Assembly: GCA_951406725.2 (NCBI GenBank)
Contig: OX597833.1
Span: 54,250,001-54,314,000 of the forward strand
Direction of reading: 5' to 3'
Origin: Octopus vulgaris
Taxonomy: Eukaryota
DNA length: 64,000 nucleotides
Part shown: in pieces, positions 1-11,512 of the stretch
Numbering within the stretch: position 1 is the first letter of the stretch
How the letters are laid out: every line of letters starts with the position of its first letter
The notes under the pieces: model-generated
What the model was told of the DNA's origin: nothing
Database searches by the model: none
The model's input: only the letters and a program-made list of their open reading frames with translations
Position numbers and translations under genes: made by a program

Positions 1-97
1 AATCTATAGAGGTATAAATAAGTGCACATGCAAAATTTCAGCTAGATCAAACAACTGCAAATGGGTCAGGGGCATTACTTATTGAACGCCCCTCGTA
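1..97. mobile_element. End of a mariner-like DNA transposon (TIR plus TA target)
   Basis: GGGCATTACTTATTGAACGCCCCTCG-TA at 70-97 is the reverse complement of a mariner-type TIR (TA-CGAGGGGCGTTCAATAAGTAATGCCC). The rest of the element lies outside the window. Confidence 0.65.
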
Positions 98-156
98 TAT
101 CATAAGAGTGACCTTTCTCTCATGTCAGTTTGCAGCATCTGCCTTTCCGGTCTCTT

Positions 157-201
157 CAGAAAGAGATTAGCATGGTCCCTGCTCAAAGAGGACACACAAA
201 T
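157..201 (+). pseudogene. U6: U6 snRNA internal fragment
   Basis: CAGAAAGAGATTAGCATGGTCCCTGCTCAAAGAGGACACACAAAT aligns to U6 CAGAGAAGATTAGCATGGCCCCTGCGCAAGGATGACACGCAAAT with 5 substitutions from AGATTAG onward. The 5' stem-loop and 3' U-tail are missing. Confidence 0.75.
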
Positions 202-491
202 CTTACCCAATCTTTAAACTTGCCTACCTCCAGTTTTTTGCTCCCACTCCAACCCCGTACACTCCTGCAAACTCCACACCCTCTCACACACCTAGTTCCA
301 TTGTCCTTGTCCCATCACACTTCTACTCACCTCACACCTTGTGGAGACACCTGAGCTTCAATCAGTGCAGTATCTCTTCCTTTGTCTACCATTCTTATTA
401 TATACAAAGTCCAATGGACTGCAAAATCAAAATTTAGCAACTACGCACATTTTTCTGACCAAGGTGGAGATGCTTTTAGATATAGACTTAG

Positions 492-1431
492 GCTTATACA
501 GTTTACATATAAACTGACAATATTCCAAGTTGATTAAAAAATTGCACGTGTATGACTTCTTTGATTTATGCTTTTATCATAAATCTGTACATATGCTATG
601 ATTTCAACAAAAGATGTCTTTTAAATAGAAGCCTTTGAAATGAATATCATTTAAATGAATGTCATTTTTATTAACACAAGAGATTAATTAGTACATAGCT
701 TATTTTCTTTAAGCCGGAATGATGAAGACGTTTTTAATCTTGTTACACTTGTTTTTCACATATGAAATACCGTTTGTAAATGTTTCTGCTCAGCTCCTAC
801 AGCGTATAAGCTACTGCTTCTTTACCTCCCCCCATCAAATGCTTGGCAATTTTATCCTTCATCTTAAACTGTTGTTATGCCTCTATATAAATGTATGCAA
901 GTGAATGTCTGTGTGTGTGTGTGTGTGTAAAAATGTGTATGTCATGGACAGAAGATTGCATGTATGTAAGAATGTGTTTATGTAAACATACATCATGTAT
1001 TAGACATCCATCGTCTGTGAAACTTTTATCATATTTACCATCTCCTTATCACTATTTATCAGTTTCAGTTTTCCCCTATTGACTTCAGTTTTTACACTAA
1101 TTCTCTCTGTATATTTCTTTCAAACTCTCATGACGAATTTTGCCAATTATAAGTGATTCTTCGTTTATCTTTCACTTTTAATCATTGAAATATTTTATCC
1201 TTTTCCACCATCATTATACAAAATTCAATATATCATCATCATCATTATCATCATCATCGTTTAACGTCCGTTTTCCATGCTAGCATTGGGTTGGACAGTT
1301 CGACTGGGGTCTGGGAAGCCAGGAGGCTGCACCAGGCCCCAGTCTGATCTGGGAGTGTTTCTACAGCTGGATGCCCTTCCTAACGCCAACCACTCCGTGA
1401 GTGTAGTGGGTGCTTTTTACGTGCCAGGCAA

Positions 1432-1491
<60 letters not shown>

Positions 1492-1602
1492 CTATATATA
1501 TATATACAGAATTTTTTTTACCGTGAAATGGCCTTTTTTCGTGCTGAATTCTACTTGGTGAAATTATTGATTACTTCTTAATTAATAAATTTTATCCTTT
1601 GT

Positions 1603-1643
<41 letters not shown>

Positions 1644-2037
1644 TATATATATGTATATATGAATATATATATTCATATGTATATTCATATATACAAAATT
1701 CAATGAATTACCAAAATTTGGCAACAGTAGATCGTTTAAAAAAAAAAATTCTGTATTGTATTTTACGTTTAATCATAAACAGGTTTATGCTTATACAGTT
1801 TACACAAGAAATTGACAATATTCCAATTTGGTTAAAAACTGCATGTTTATGAATTCTTTGATTTATGCTTTTATCATAAATCTGTACGTTTGCTATGATT
1901 TGAACAACAGATGTCATTTAAATAGATACCTTTGAAATGAATATCATTTAAAATGAATGTCATTTTTATTAGCACAAGAGATTAATTAATGTATAGGAGA
2001 TTTTCTTTAAGTCAGAATGATGAAGACATTTTTAATC
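492..2037 (+). repeat. Diverged ~250-bp direct duplication (492-739 and 1789-2037)
   Basis: Shared blocks in the same order: GCTTATACAGTTTACA, TTCTTTGATTTATGCTTTTATCATAAATCTGTAC, CCTTTGAAATGAATATCATTTAAA, GAATGATGAAGAC. Confidence 0.85.
1232..1426 (-). mobile_element. Retroposon 3' end (RTE-type) with (GAT)n tail; relatives at ~4020-4186(+), 11440-11680(-), 16965-17341(+), 19295-19470(-), 42640-42925(-), 44230-44325(+), 59650-60060(-)
   Basis: Recurring motif AGGAAGGGCATCCAGCTGTAGAAAC...CCCATGCTAGCATGGAAAACGGACGTTAAAC followed by a (GAT)n tail. The same motif borders the RTE coding remnant at 24150. Confidence 0.7.
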
Positions 2038-2245
2038 GCATAGAAATACTTGTTTTTGATATATTAGATATTATAATTGTATGTTGTTTCCACTCAAGAT
2101 ATGTTTTGGTTGCTTGATCTAAAAACTTTACACGATGAATTTGTATGATTTCATTGCCATTTATGATTAAGCACGCCTTATTTCCAGCCAATTACTTTAT
2201 CATTTTTGTTGTATTCTTATGCTCATAAATCTTCTGCTTCTGTAA

Positions 2246-2533
2246 TCTATCTATCTATCTGCTCAGTCGAAGTCGACTCTCGGTTACTCGATGGATCAGT
2301 GTACTCCAGTCAGTTCTATCCTGAGCCGCTTCTTTCAGATTGGCTATGTCCATTCCGGTATCACTCTTGATGGTGTCGAGCCAGCGGGTTCTTGGTCGGC
2401 CTCTTCCTCTCTTGCCACTGACCATTCTGAGCATGATGTCCTTCTCCAGGGATTTTCTCCGCACAACATGACCGAAATATGCCAATCTATGCTTGGTGAT
2501 CCTAGCTTCAAGCGATATTTTCGGCCTGATCTG
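2246..2533 (-). mobile_element. 5'-truncated RTE/BovB-like LINE, C-terminal ORF fragment
   Basis: QIRPKISLEARITKHRLAYFGHVVRRKSLEKDIMLRMVSGKRGRGRPRTRWLD is a typical RTE/BovB C-terminus. It has a (TAGA)n tail and a candidate TSD TCTGTAA at 2239-2245 and 2530-2536. Confidence 0.9.
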
Positions 2534-2736
2534 TAAAGGAGTGTTAAATATTCCTTCCTACTAATAGGTACAAGGATTGAAATTTTGGAGAGTGGTGGAG
2601 GGGGGTTGGCTTGTCAATTTTCTCGACCCCAGTTCTCAACCGGTACTTATTTTATCGACCCTGAAAAGGACAAAGGGCAAAAATCAACCTCAGCAGAACT
2701 CGAACTCGTCCTTTTGGGGGTCGATAAAATAAATAT

Positions 2737-3097
2737 CAATTGCAGCATGGAAGGTGTTTATAAGCCATTTAAGAAACACACAAAAACCGTTAGATTCACT
2801 TCAACATTTAAATTTAATTTGTCAAAATATTTTCGTCGCTTTGAGACCGCGACCTGTTCACTGACAAAATTCCATGCTGCATCTGAGAAAGTAACAGTTA
2901 AACCCTCAGTGAGATGCAGTGTCTAATGAAATGAAGCTGTTGCTTAGCTGTTATTTTTCTCAAGCAACAAGTAACGGTTTTCCTCAGAGTTTTGGTAGCC
3001 TGGCTCAAGCTTTCGGAATTACGGAGATGTACTTGCATAGCAAGTGACCTGATCTGAGATCATGTGCTGGAACGAAAACAATTGCAGCATGGAAGGT
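2737..3097 (-). mobile_element. Penelope-like pseudo-LTR relic bounded by a 19-bp direct repeat
   Basis: CAATTGCAGCATGGAAGGT at 2737-2755 and 3079-3097. Contains a hammerhead motif followed by ATTAAA on the minus strand. Confidence 0.6.
2818..2868 (-). ncRNA. Minimal type I hammerhead ribozyme motif, G3-C8 variant
   Basis: Minus strand: TTTGTCA GTGAACA G GTCGC-GGTCTCAAA-GCGAC GAAA ATAT TT TGACAAA. It has a 7-bp stem I, 5-bp stem II and palindromic stem III (AATATT). The core is GUGANCA instead of CUGANGA. Confidence 0.7.
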
Positions 3098-3126
3098 TAG
3101 GGTTAGGGTTAGGGTTACGGTTTAGG
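3097..3126 (+). repeat. Interstitial telomeric-type repeat (TTAGGG)3 plus degenerate units
   Basis: TTAGGG x3, then TTACGG TTTAGG. Confidence 0.8.
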
Positions 3127-3663
3127 AATGATAGCAAAAGGGGCTGATTGCTACCTATCTCAGATACCAGTAAATCCAAGAATGGCAAAAATTTAAAAAA
3201 TAGTGTCCATGGTAACTGCTCATACCCTACAAAAACTATTGCCTATGTAATCTCCAAAATATTCTAATCTGTAAATATTGTCAAAAGTACTTTTAAATGT
3301 CCATAATAGCAAACACCTTTTACTGTTATCTTAAGATCACATTATTGTCTTATAATCAAATTATTTTTAAGACAAACTTCTAATTTTCTTGTTTTGATAG
3401 ACATTCTGTAGAACAATACTTTGAGCAAAACAAAATGGCGACCTAGTCATAACACCAACATGAACTTCCACCCTGTTGTCTCTTGAGATCTCTGGGTGAG
3501 ATTTGGAGTCAACTTGTAGAAATACAAAGCAAAAACCAAACATATAATAATAATAATAATAAAATAACATTTTCGTTAATAACTCTCTTATTTTCATTTA
3601 TAAATGTAATAATCTCATGCTTTTACCTAATAAAAAAAAGTCAGTAAAATATTCTCAAATTTC

Positions 3664-3697
<34 letters not shown>

Positions 3698-3705
3698 TGT
3701 ATATA

Positions 3706-3945
3706 GGTGTAGGAGTGGCTGTGTGGTAAGTAGCTTGCTTACCAACCACATGTTTCCAGGTTCAGTCCCACTCCGGGGCACCTTGGGCAAGTGTCTTCTA
3801 CTATAGCCTCGGTCCAACCAAAGCCTTGTGAGTGGATTTGGTAGACGGAAACTGAAAGAAACCTGTCGTATATATGTATACATATATATATATATATGTG
3901 TGTGTGTGTTTGTGTATATGTTTGTGTGTCTGTGTTTGTCCTCTC
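3706..3945 (+). mobile_element. tRNA-derived SINE family A (5' part)
   Basis: A-box-like TGGCTGTGTGG, B-box-like GGTTCAGTCC, body CACCTTGGGCAAGTGTCTTC, internal (TA)n/(TG)n. Confidence 0.9.
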
Positions 3946-4547
3946 AAGCAACTCTGCTGTCTGGAACCAAACTTGTGCAACTTCATTACAACAAAGGCAT
4001 TCTATAGAGGATTAATGGAGGGGAGGGCATCCAACCATAGGAACCATACTGAAACAGACTAAGGAAACTGGTGTGGATCCTGGCCTGTCAAAACATCCAA
4101 ACCCTGCCAGCTGGGAAAACAGACGTTAAATGATTACAATGAGGTTGATGATGATGATGATGATGATGATGATAATGATGATGATGAACATCAGGCAATG
4201 ACCGGTTTGAGAATTGAAACATGATCTTATGATTACGAATGCATCACCCCTAACCACAAGGCTACATGCTGTCACAGGCACAACAATTGGTTGAAATATA
4301 TTTACTCAAACAAATAAGCCACATGTTTTTTTTAATTCAATCTTTCTCATATTGCAATAACTATTTTTAAAATAGTTTAGCAATTGTTACGTAATACGAT
4401 CACGGCTTACAAATTTAGACATTTCATTTGACAGATTGCGAGAAGTAATTTATAGCTTCATCCTGTTAACAACAACCATTTCATATGTTCAATTTTCAAA
4501 TAGCAATGGCTCTTGTTTTGAGATAACTGGAGAAATCAGTGTCAGTG

Positions 4548-7455
4548 ATTTTTACGTGGCACCAGCATCAATGATTTTTATGTGGTATGATCACCAGCAT
4601 TTTTTACATGGAACCAGCACCAGTGCGTAGGAGTGGCCGTGTGGTAAGCAGCTTGCTTATGAACCACATGGTTCCGGGTTCAGTCCCACTGCATGGCACC
4701 TTGGGTAAGTGTCTTCTAATAATAATAATAATAATTATTATTATTATTTTCAAATTCCGTCAAGACCAATACCAATGATTTTTATATGGTATAATTACCA
4801 GCACATTTTACATGGAACCAGCACCAGTGTGTAGGAATGGCTGTGTGGTAAGCAGCTTGCTTATGAACCACATGGTTCCGGGTTCAGTCCCACTGCATGG
4901 CACCTTGGGTAAGTGTCTTCTAATAATAATAATAAAAATGATTATTATTATTATTATTATTTTCAAATTCCGTCAAGACCAATACCAATGATTTGTATAT
5001 GGTATAATTACCAGCACATTTTACATGGAACCAGCACCAGTGCGTATGAGTGGCTGTGTAGTAAGCAGCTTGCTTATGAACCACATGGTTCCGGGTTCAG
5101 TCCCACTGAGTGGCACCTTGGGCAAGTGTCTTCTAATAATAATAATAATCATTATTATTATTATTTTCAAATTCCGTCAAGACCGACACCAATGACTTTT
5201 ATATGGTATAATCGCCAGCACTTTTTACATGGAACCAGCACCAGTGCGTAGGAGTGGCTGTGTAGTAAGCAGCTTGCTTATGAACCACATAGTTCCGGGT
5301 TCAGTCCCACTGCGTGGCACCTTGGGTAAGTGTCTTCTAATAATAATAATAATAATTATTATTATTATTTTCAAATTCCGTCGAGACCAACACCAATGCT
5401 TTTTATGTGGTATGATTACCAGCACATTTTACATGGAACCAGCACCAGTGTGTAGGAATGGCTGTGTGGTAAGCAGCTTGCTTATGAACCACATAGTTCC
5501 GGGTTCAGTCCACTGCGTGGCACCTTGGGTAAGTGTCTTCTAATAATAATAATAATAATTATTATTATTATTTTCAAATTCCGTCGAGACCAACACCAAT
5601 GCTTTTTATGTGGTATGATTACCAGCACATTTTACATGGAACCAGCACCAGTGCGTAGGAGTGGCTGTGTAGTAAGCAGCTTGCTTATGAACCACATGGT
5701 TCCGGGTTCAGTCCCACTGAGTGGCACCTTAGGCAAGTGTCTTCTAATAATAATAATAATAATAATTATTATTATTATTATTTTCAAATTCCGTCGAGAC
5801 CAACACCAATGATTTTTATGTGGTATGATCAGCACTTTTTACATGGAACCAGCACCAGTGCGTAGGAGTGGCTGTGTAGTAAGCAGCTTGCTTACGAACC
5901 ACATGGTTCCGGGTTCAGTCCCACTGCTTGGCACCTTGGGCAAGTGTCTTCTAATAATAATAATAATCATTATTATTATTATTTTCAAATTCCGTCGAGA
6001 CCAACACCAATGATTTTTATGTGGTATAATCGCCAGCACTTTTTACATGGAACCAGCACCAGTGCGTAGGAGTGGCTGTGTGGTAAGCAGCTTGCTTATG
6101 AACCACATGGTTCCGGGTTCAGTCCCACTGAGTGGCACCTTGGGTAAGTGTCTTCTAATAATAATAATAATAATTATTATTATTATTTTCAAATTCCGTC
6201 AAGACCAATACCAATGATTTGTATATGGTATAATTACCAGCACATTTTACATGGAACCAGCACCAGTGTGTAGGAATGGCTGTGTGGTAAGCAGCTTGCT
6301 TATGAACCACATGGTTCCGGGTTCAGTCCCACTGCATGGCACCTTGGGTAAGTGTCTTCTAATAATAATAATAATAATTATTATTATTATTTTCAAATTC
6401 CGTCAAGACCAATACCAATGATTTGTATATGGTATAATTACCAGCACATTTTACATGGAACCAGCACCAGTGTGTAGGAATGGCTGTGTGGTAAGCAGCT
6501 TGCTTATGAACCACATGGTTCCGGGTTCAGTCCCACTGCATGGCACCTTGGGTAAGTGTCTTCTAATAATAATAATAATAATTATTATTATTATTTTCAA
6601 ATTCCGTCGAGACCAACACCAATGATTTTTATATGGTATGATCACCAGTACTTTTTACATGGAACCAGCACCAGTGTGTAGGAATGGCTGTGTGGTAAGC
6701 AGCTTGCTTATGAACCACATGGTTTCGGGTTCAGTCCCACTGAGTGGCACCTTGGGCAAGTGTCTTCTAATAATAATAATAATAATAATTATTATTATTA
6801 TTATTTTCAAATTCCGTCAAGACCAACACCAATGATTTTTATGTGGTATGATCACCAGTACTTTTTACATGGAACCAGGACCAGTGCGTAGGAGTGGCTG
6901 TGTGGTAAGCAGCTTGCTTATGAACCACATGGTTCCGGGTTCAGTCTCACTGAGTGGCACCTTGGGTAAGTGTCTTCTAATAATAATAATAAAAATGATT
7001 ATTATTATTATTATTATTTTCAAATTCCGTCAAGACCAATACCAATGATTTGTATATGGTATAATTACCAGCACATTTTACATGGAACCAGCACCAGTGT
7101 GTAGGAGTGGCTGTGTAGTAAGCAGCTTGCTTACGAACCACATGGTTCCGGGTTCAGTCCCACTGAGTGGCACCTTGGGCAAGTGTCTTCTAATAATAAT
7201 AATAATTATTATTATTATTATTTTCAAATTCCGTCGAGACCAACACCAATGACTTTTATATGGTATAATCGCCAGCACTTTTTACATGGAACCAGCACCA
7301 GTGCGTAGGAGTGGCTGTGTGGTAAGCAGCTTGCTTACGAACCACATGGTTCCGGGTTCAGTCCCACTGCTTGGCACCTTGGGTAAGTGTCTTCTAATAA
7401 TAATAATAATAATAATAATTATTATTATTATTATTATTTTCAAATTCCGTCGAGA
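4548..7455 (+). repeat. Tandem array of 14 units (203-213 bp) built from a SINE-A tRNA head
   Basis: CATGGAACCAG starts at 4607, 4811, 5024, 5228, 5432, 5635, 5842, 6046, 6250, 6454, 6658, 6868, 7081 and 7285. Each unit is a minisatellite piece, a SINE head, (AAT)n(ATT)n and TTTTCAAATTCCGTC. Confidence 0.97.
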
Positions 7456-7683
7456 TCAACTTTGCTTTTCATCCTTTCAGGCTCGATAAATTAAGGACCA
7501 ATGGAGCACTGAGGTGGATGTAATTGACTATTCCCCACCCCACAAATTTCCGGCCTTGTGCTTTTTAGTAGAAAGGACTATTATTATTAATATTCATTTT
7601 ATTCATCATGTACAAGTACGTGTGTCCACATCATTATTTTATATATTTTATTCAACTTTTCCTGAGTGTACTGAATTTATATA

Positions 7684-8090
7684 GGCGCAGGAGTGGCTGT
7701 GTGGTAAGTAGCTTGCTTACCAACCACATGGTTCCGGGTTCAGTTCCACAGCGTGGCACCTTGGGCAAGTGTATTCTACTATAGCCTCAGGCCTACCAAA
7801 GCCTTGTGAGTGGCTTTGGTAGACGGAAACTGAAAGAAGCCTGTCGTATATATGTATACATATATATATGCATGTATGTTTGTGTGTCTGTGTTTGTCCC
7901 CCCAACATCGCTTGACAACTGATGATGGAGTGTTTACGTCCCTGTAACTTAGCGGTTTGGCAAAAGAGACTGATAGAATAAGTGCTAGGCTTCCAAAGAA
8001 TAGGTCCTGGGGTCGATTTGCTCAACTAAAAAGGTGGTGCTCCAGCATGGCCACAGTCAAATGACTGAAACAAGTAAAAGAGCAAAGAGT
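7684..8090 (+). mobile_element. tRNA-derived SINE family A, full length
   Basis: GGCGCAGGAGTGGCTGTGTGG head through the GTCAAATGACTGAAACAAGTAAAAGAG tail. Confidence 0.92.
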
Positions 8091-8222
8091 GCATTTTATG
8101 TGGCATCAGCACCGGTGCTTCTTATGTGGCACCAGTACCTGTTCTTTTAATGTGGGACCAGCAACAGTCTTTTTATGTGGCACTAGAACCAGTACTTCAT
8201 GCATGGCAATAGCACCAGTGCT
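8090..8222 (+). repeat. ~26-bp minisatellite TTTTATGTGGCACCAGCACCAGTGC (also ~19470-19625 and in the 4548 array)
   Basis: Repeated degenerate units of the same motif. Confidence 0.7.
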
Positions 8223-8364
8223 ACATTATTTACATTATTTACATTATTTACAGAAACTGAAAGAAGACCATCGTATATATAAATATACATGTGTGTATGT
8301 GTATGTCTGTCCCTGTCCCCCATCACTGCTTGACAACCGGTGTTGGTGGGTTTCGGTCCCTATA

Positions 8365-8597
8365 ATATATTTCTTTATTGCCCACAAGGGGCTAAACATA
8401 GAGGGGACAAACAAAGACAGACAAAGGGATTAAGTCAACTACATCGACCCCAGTGCGCAACTGGTACTTTATTTATCGACCCCGAAAGGATGAAAGGTAA
8501 AGTCGACCTCGGTGGTGTTTGAACTCAGAACGTAACAACAGACGAAATACTGCTGAGCATTTCGCCCGGCGTGCTAACGATTCTGCCAGCTCGCCAT
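8365..8597 (-). mobile_element. tRNA-derived SINE family B (MetaSINE-like central domain)
   Basis: Matches the plus-strand copy at 37561: head GGCGAGCTGGCAGAA, B-box GAGTTCAAA, central GTCGACTTTGCCTTTCATCCTTTCGGGGTCGATAAA, tail GGGCAATAAAGAAAT. Other copies at ~2550-2705, 7440-7585, 23215-23400, 31200-31430, 46465-46575, 55051-55280. Confidence 0.85.
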
Positions 8598-9153
8598 CCC
8601 TATAATAGAATAAGTACTAGGTCTTAAGAATAAGCCCTGGGGTTGATTTGTTTGGCTAAAGCCCCTCAAGGGAGTGCTCTAGCATGGCAACAGTCAAATG
8701 ACTGAAACAAATAAAAGAATAAAAGAACATACCAGTTAAACACTCGTCATATAAATACATCTGACGATACTTAATCCCACTGACTATTCTGTCTTGGGAA
8801 ATTACTCATCTGGACTCTTTAATAGAAGACAAAGATATAAAATATATATTTATTTTTTCCTCAATAGTAGCCATTTTAAGAAATAAAGTCTATTAAAATA
8901 TCGGTTACATGATTTATGGCATTTAGTAAAAATAGTGGTTTTTGTTTGGAAGTAAGTAACAAAAAAAAGAGCAAAAAAAAACAAAAAATAAAATAAGTTT
9001 GACAGCCACAAACAAAATTTTTGCTCACACGCCTACACACACACAGATATATATTTTTGGCAAATTCGCAAGCATAAAGATGCATAAATTCATTTATATT
9101 CCCACTCTAAGCAGATATATATATAAATATATATATATACATATATACACCAT

Positions 9154-9220
<67 letters not shown>

Positions 9221-9319
9221 CACAATAATTTAATTCAGTCAAAAAAGAAATTAAAGCTACAAAATTTCCATTTATATACTTTGAAGACTATGTAATTATA
9301 TATATATATATATATATAC

Positions 9320-9386
<67 letters not shown>

Positions 9387-9607
9387 CATCTTTATATATA
9401 TATATATGCAATCATAATATATATATATATACATATATGTACATAAAAAATGTGTGTGTGTACATATATGTGTGTTTGTGTGTGTGTGTGTGTGTGTATT
9501 TACATATATACGCATGTATACAGAGAATTTATACACTTACAAAGAAGCTATATTTACTTTTAATAAAAAAAAACTATACTCGATATCATATTAATACTTA
9601 TTAACAA

Positions 9608-9647
<40 letters not shown>

Positions 9648-9802
9648 ACACTCACACACTCACACATATACACACACAAACTCTCCTAGACATACAAACA
9701 CACTCACACACACACACACACACACATACCACACAACAGAAAGAAATATGAAAGATATATTTCAAAGAATTTTTCCAAATCCATCTTTCTTTATTTTTCA
9801 AT

Positions 9803-10109
9803 GAAACATTGGATCGCTGAAATTATAATATATTTGATATTTCGGTGAATATCGCTAATTTTCAGAAGAACTGAATTGAGCTTTGTGTATTATAATGTGA
9901 ATATTGTTTGAATAAGTATAAAAGCCTGGTTTTAATAATGTCTGGGATTCTTTTACTGGTGATTTGGTTTTTGCTGTCTGGTTGGGGGGGTCATTCACTT
10001 TTTTTCCGTTTCATTCTATTTAACAGAATTTAATTGGTTTATTTGATAAAAAGGAATTGATTGTAATCTGCAAATATATTATGTCTATGTGTGTATGTGT
10101 GTGTATATG

Positions 10110-10151
<42 letters not shown>

Positions 10152-10830
10152 GAGAGTGTGTAGGTGTTTGTATGTCGTTATCATCATCAACATCATCATC
10201 ATCACCACCACCATTATCGCCGTCATCATCATCATCATCATCATCATCACCACCACCACCACCATTAGCTTTGATCATCATCATCATCATCGTCATCATC
10301 ATTATCATCATCATCATCATCATTACCCTACCATTATCTTTGTTGTCAGCATCATCATCACCTTACCATTATCTTTATTGTCAGCATCATCATCATCATC
10401 ATCACACCATGCCATTATCTTTGTTGTCATCATCATCATCATCAGCCCAACCATTATCTTCATCATCACCAACACCACCACTGCCCTCGCCACCACCACC
10501 ATCTTTTCCAACATCTTTTCCATGCTCGTATGGGTCAGATGGAAACATTGGATTGCTGGAATTATAATATATTTGATATTTCGGTGAATATCGCTAATTT
10601 TCAGAAGAACTGAATTCAGCTTTGTGTATTATAATGTGTGTATTATATTGTTTGAATAAGTATAAAAGCCTGGTTTTAATAATGTCTGGGATTCTTCTAT
10701 TGGTGATTTGGTTTTTGCTGTCTGGTTGGGGGGGTCATTCACTTTTCCAAATTGTAATGAGGAATTTCTTATTGTAATGGATGCATTTCCTATTATAAAT
10801 ATATTCTTTTACTTGTGTGTGTGTTCATGT

Positions 10831-10862
<32 letters not shown>

Positions 10863-10890
10863 GAGAGTGTGTGCATGTTTGTATATCGTT

Positions 10891-10921
<31 letters not shown>

Positions 10922-11040
10922 CCAGAAAATTTCAGGCCTTGTGCCTATAATAGAAAGAATTGTATATATAATCATCACATCCTGCCATTATCTTTGTTGT
11001 CATCATCATCATCATCACCCCCACCATTATCTTCATCATT
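9803..11040 (+). repeat. Local tandem duplication (unique core 9803-10002 and 10542-10748, each followed by (TG)n and (CAT)n blocks)
   Basis: Near-identical 200-bp blocks GAAACATTGGAT...GGGGGGGTCATTCACTTTT about 740 bp apart. Confidence 0.9.
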
Positions 11041-11424
11041 TGACTGCGGCCATGCTGGAGCACCGCCTTTAGTCGAGCAACTCGACCCTGGGACTTATTC
11101 TTTGTAAGCCCAGTACTTATTCTATCGGATCTCTTTTGCTGAACCGCTAAGTGACGGGGACGTAAACACACCAGCATCGATTGTCAAGCAATGCTAGAGA
11201 GACAAACACAGACACACAAACATATACACACACATACATATACATATATATACATATACACGACAGGCTTCTTTCAGTTTCCGTCTACTATATCCATTCA
11301 CAAGGTATTGGTCGGCCCGGGGCTATAGCAGAAGACACTTGCCCAAGATGCCACGCAGTGGGACTGAACCCGGAACCATGTGGTTGGTAAGCAAGCTACT
11401 TACCACACAGCCACTCCTGCGCCT
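11036..11424 (-). mobile_element. SINE family A, near full length
   Basis: Reverse complement of the family A sequence, ending ...CCACTCCTGCGCC. Confidence 0.9.
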
Positions 11425-11438
11425 ATATATATGTATAT

Positions 11439-11512
<74 letters not shown>

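Noticed and set aside
4548-7455. CRISPR array or retrozyme array
   Set aside because: Units are wholly repeated with no unique spacers, the context is eukaryotic with no cas genes, and I found no hammerhead core on either strand of the unit.
7684-7760. tRNA genes at SINE heads
   Set aside because: A/B-box-like motifs are present but there is no full cloverleaf, and each head continues into a SINE body.
7717-8025. Recurrent peptides such as MLGGQTQTHKH...GLNPEPCGW seen in many ORFs
   Set aside because: They are antisense translations of SINE family A, not a gene family.
8755-8815. CTGACGA..GAAA
   Set aside because: No convincing stem I, II or III.
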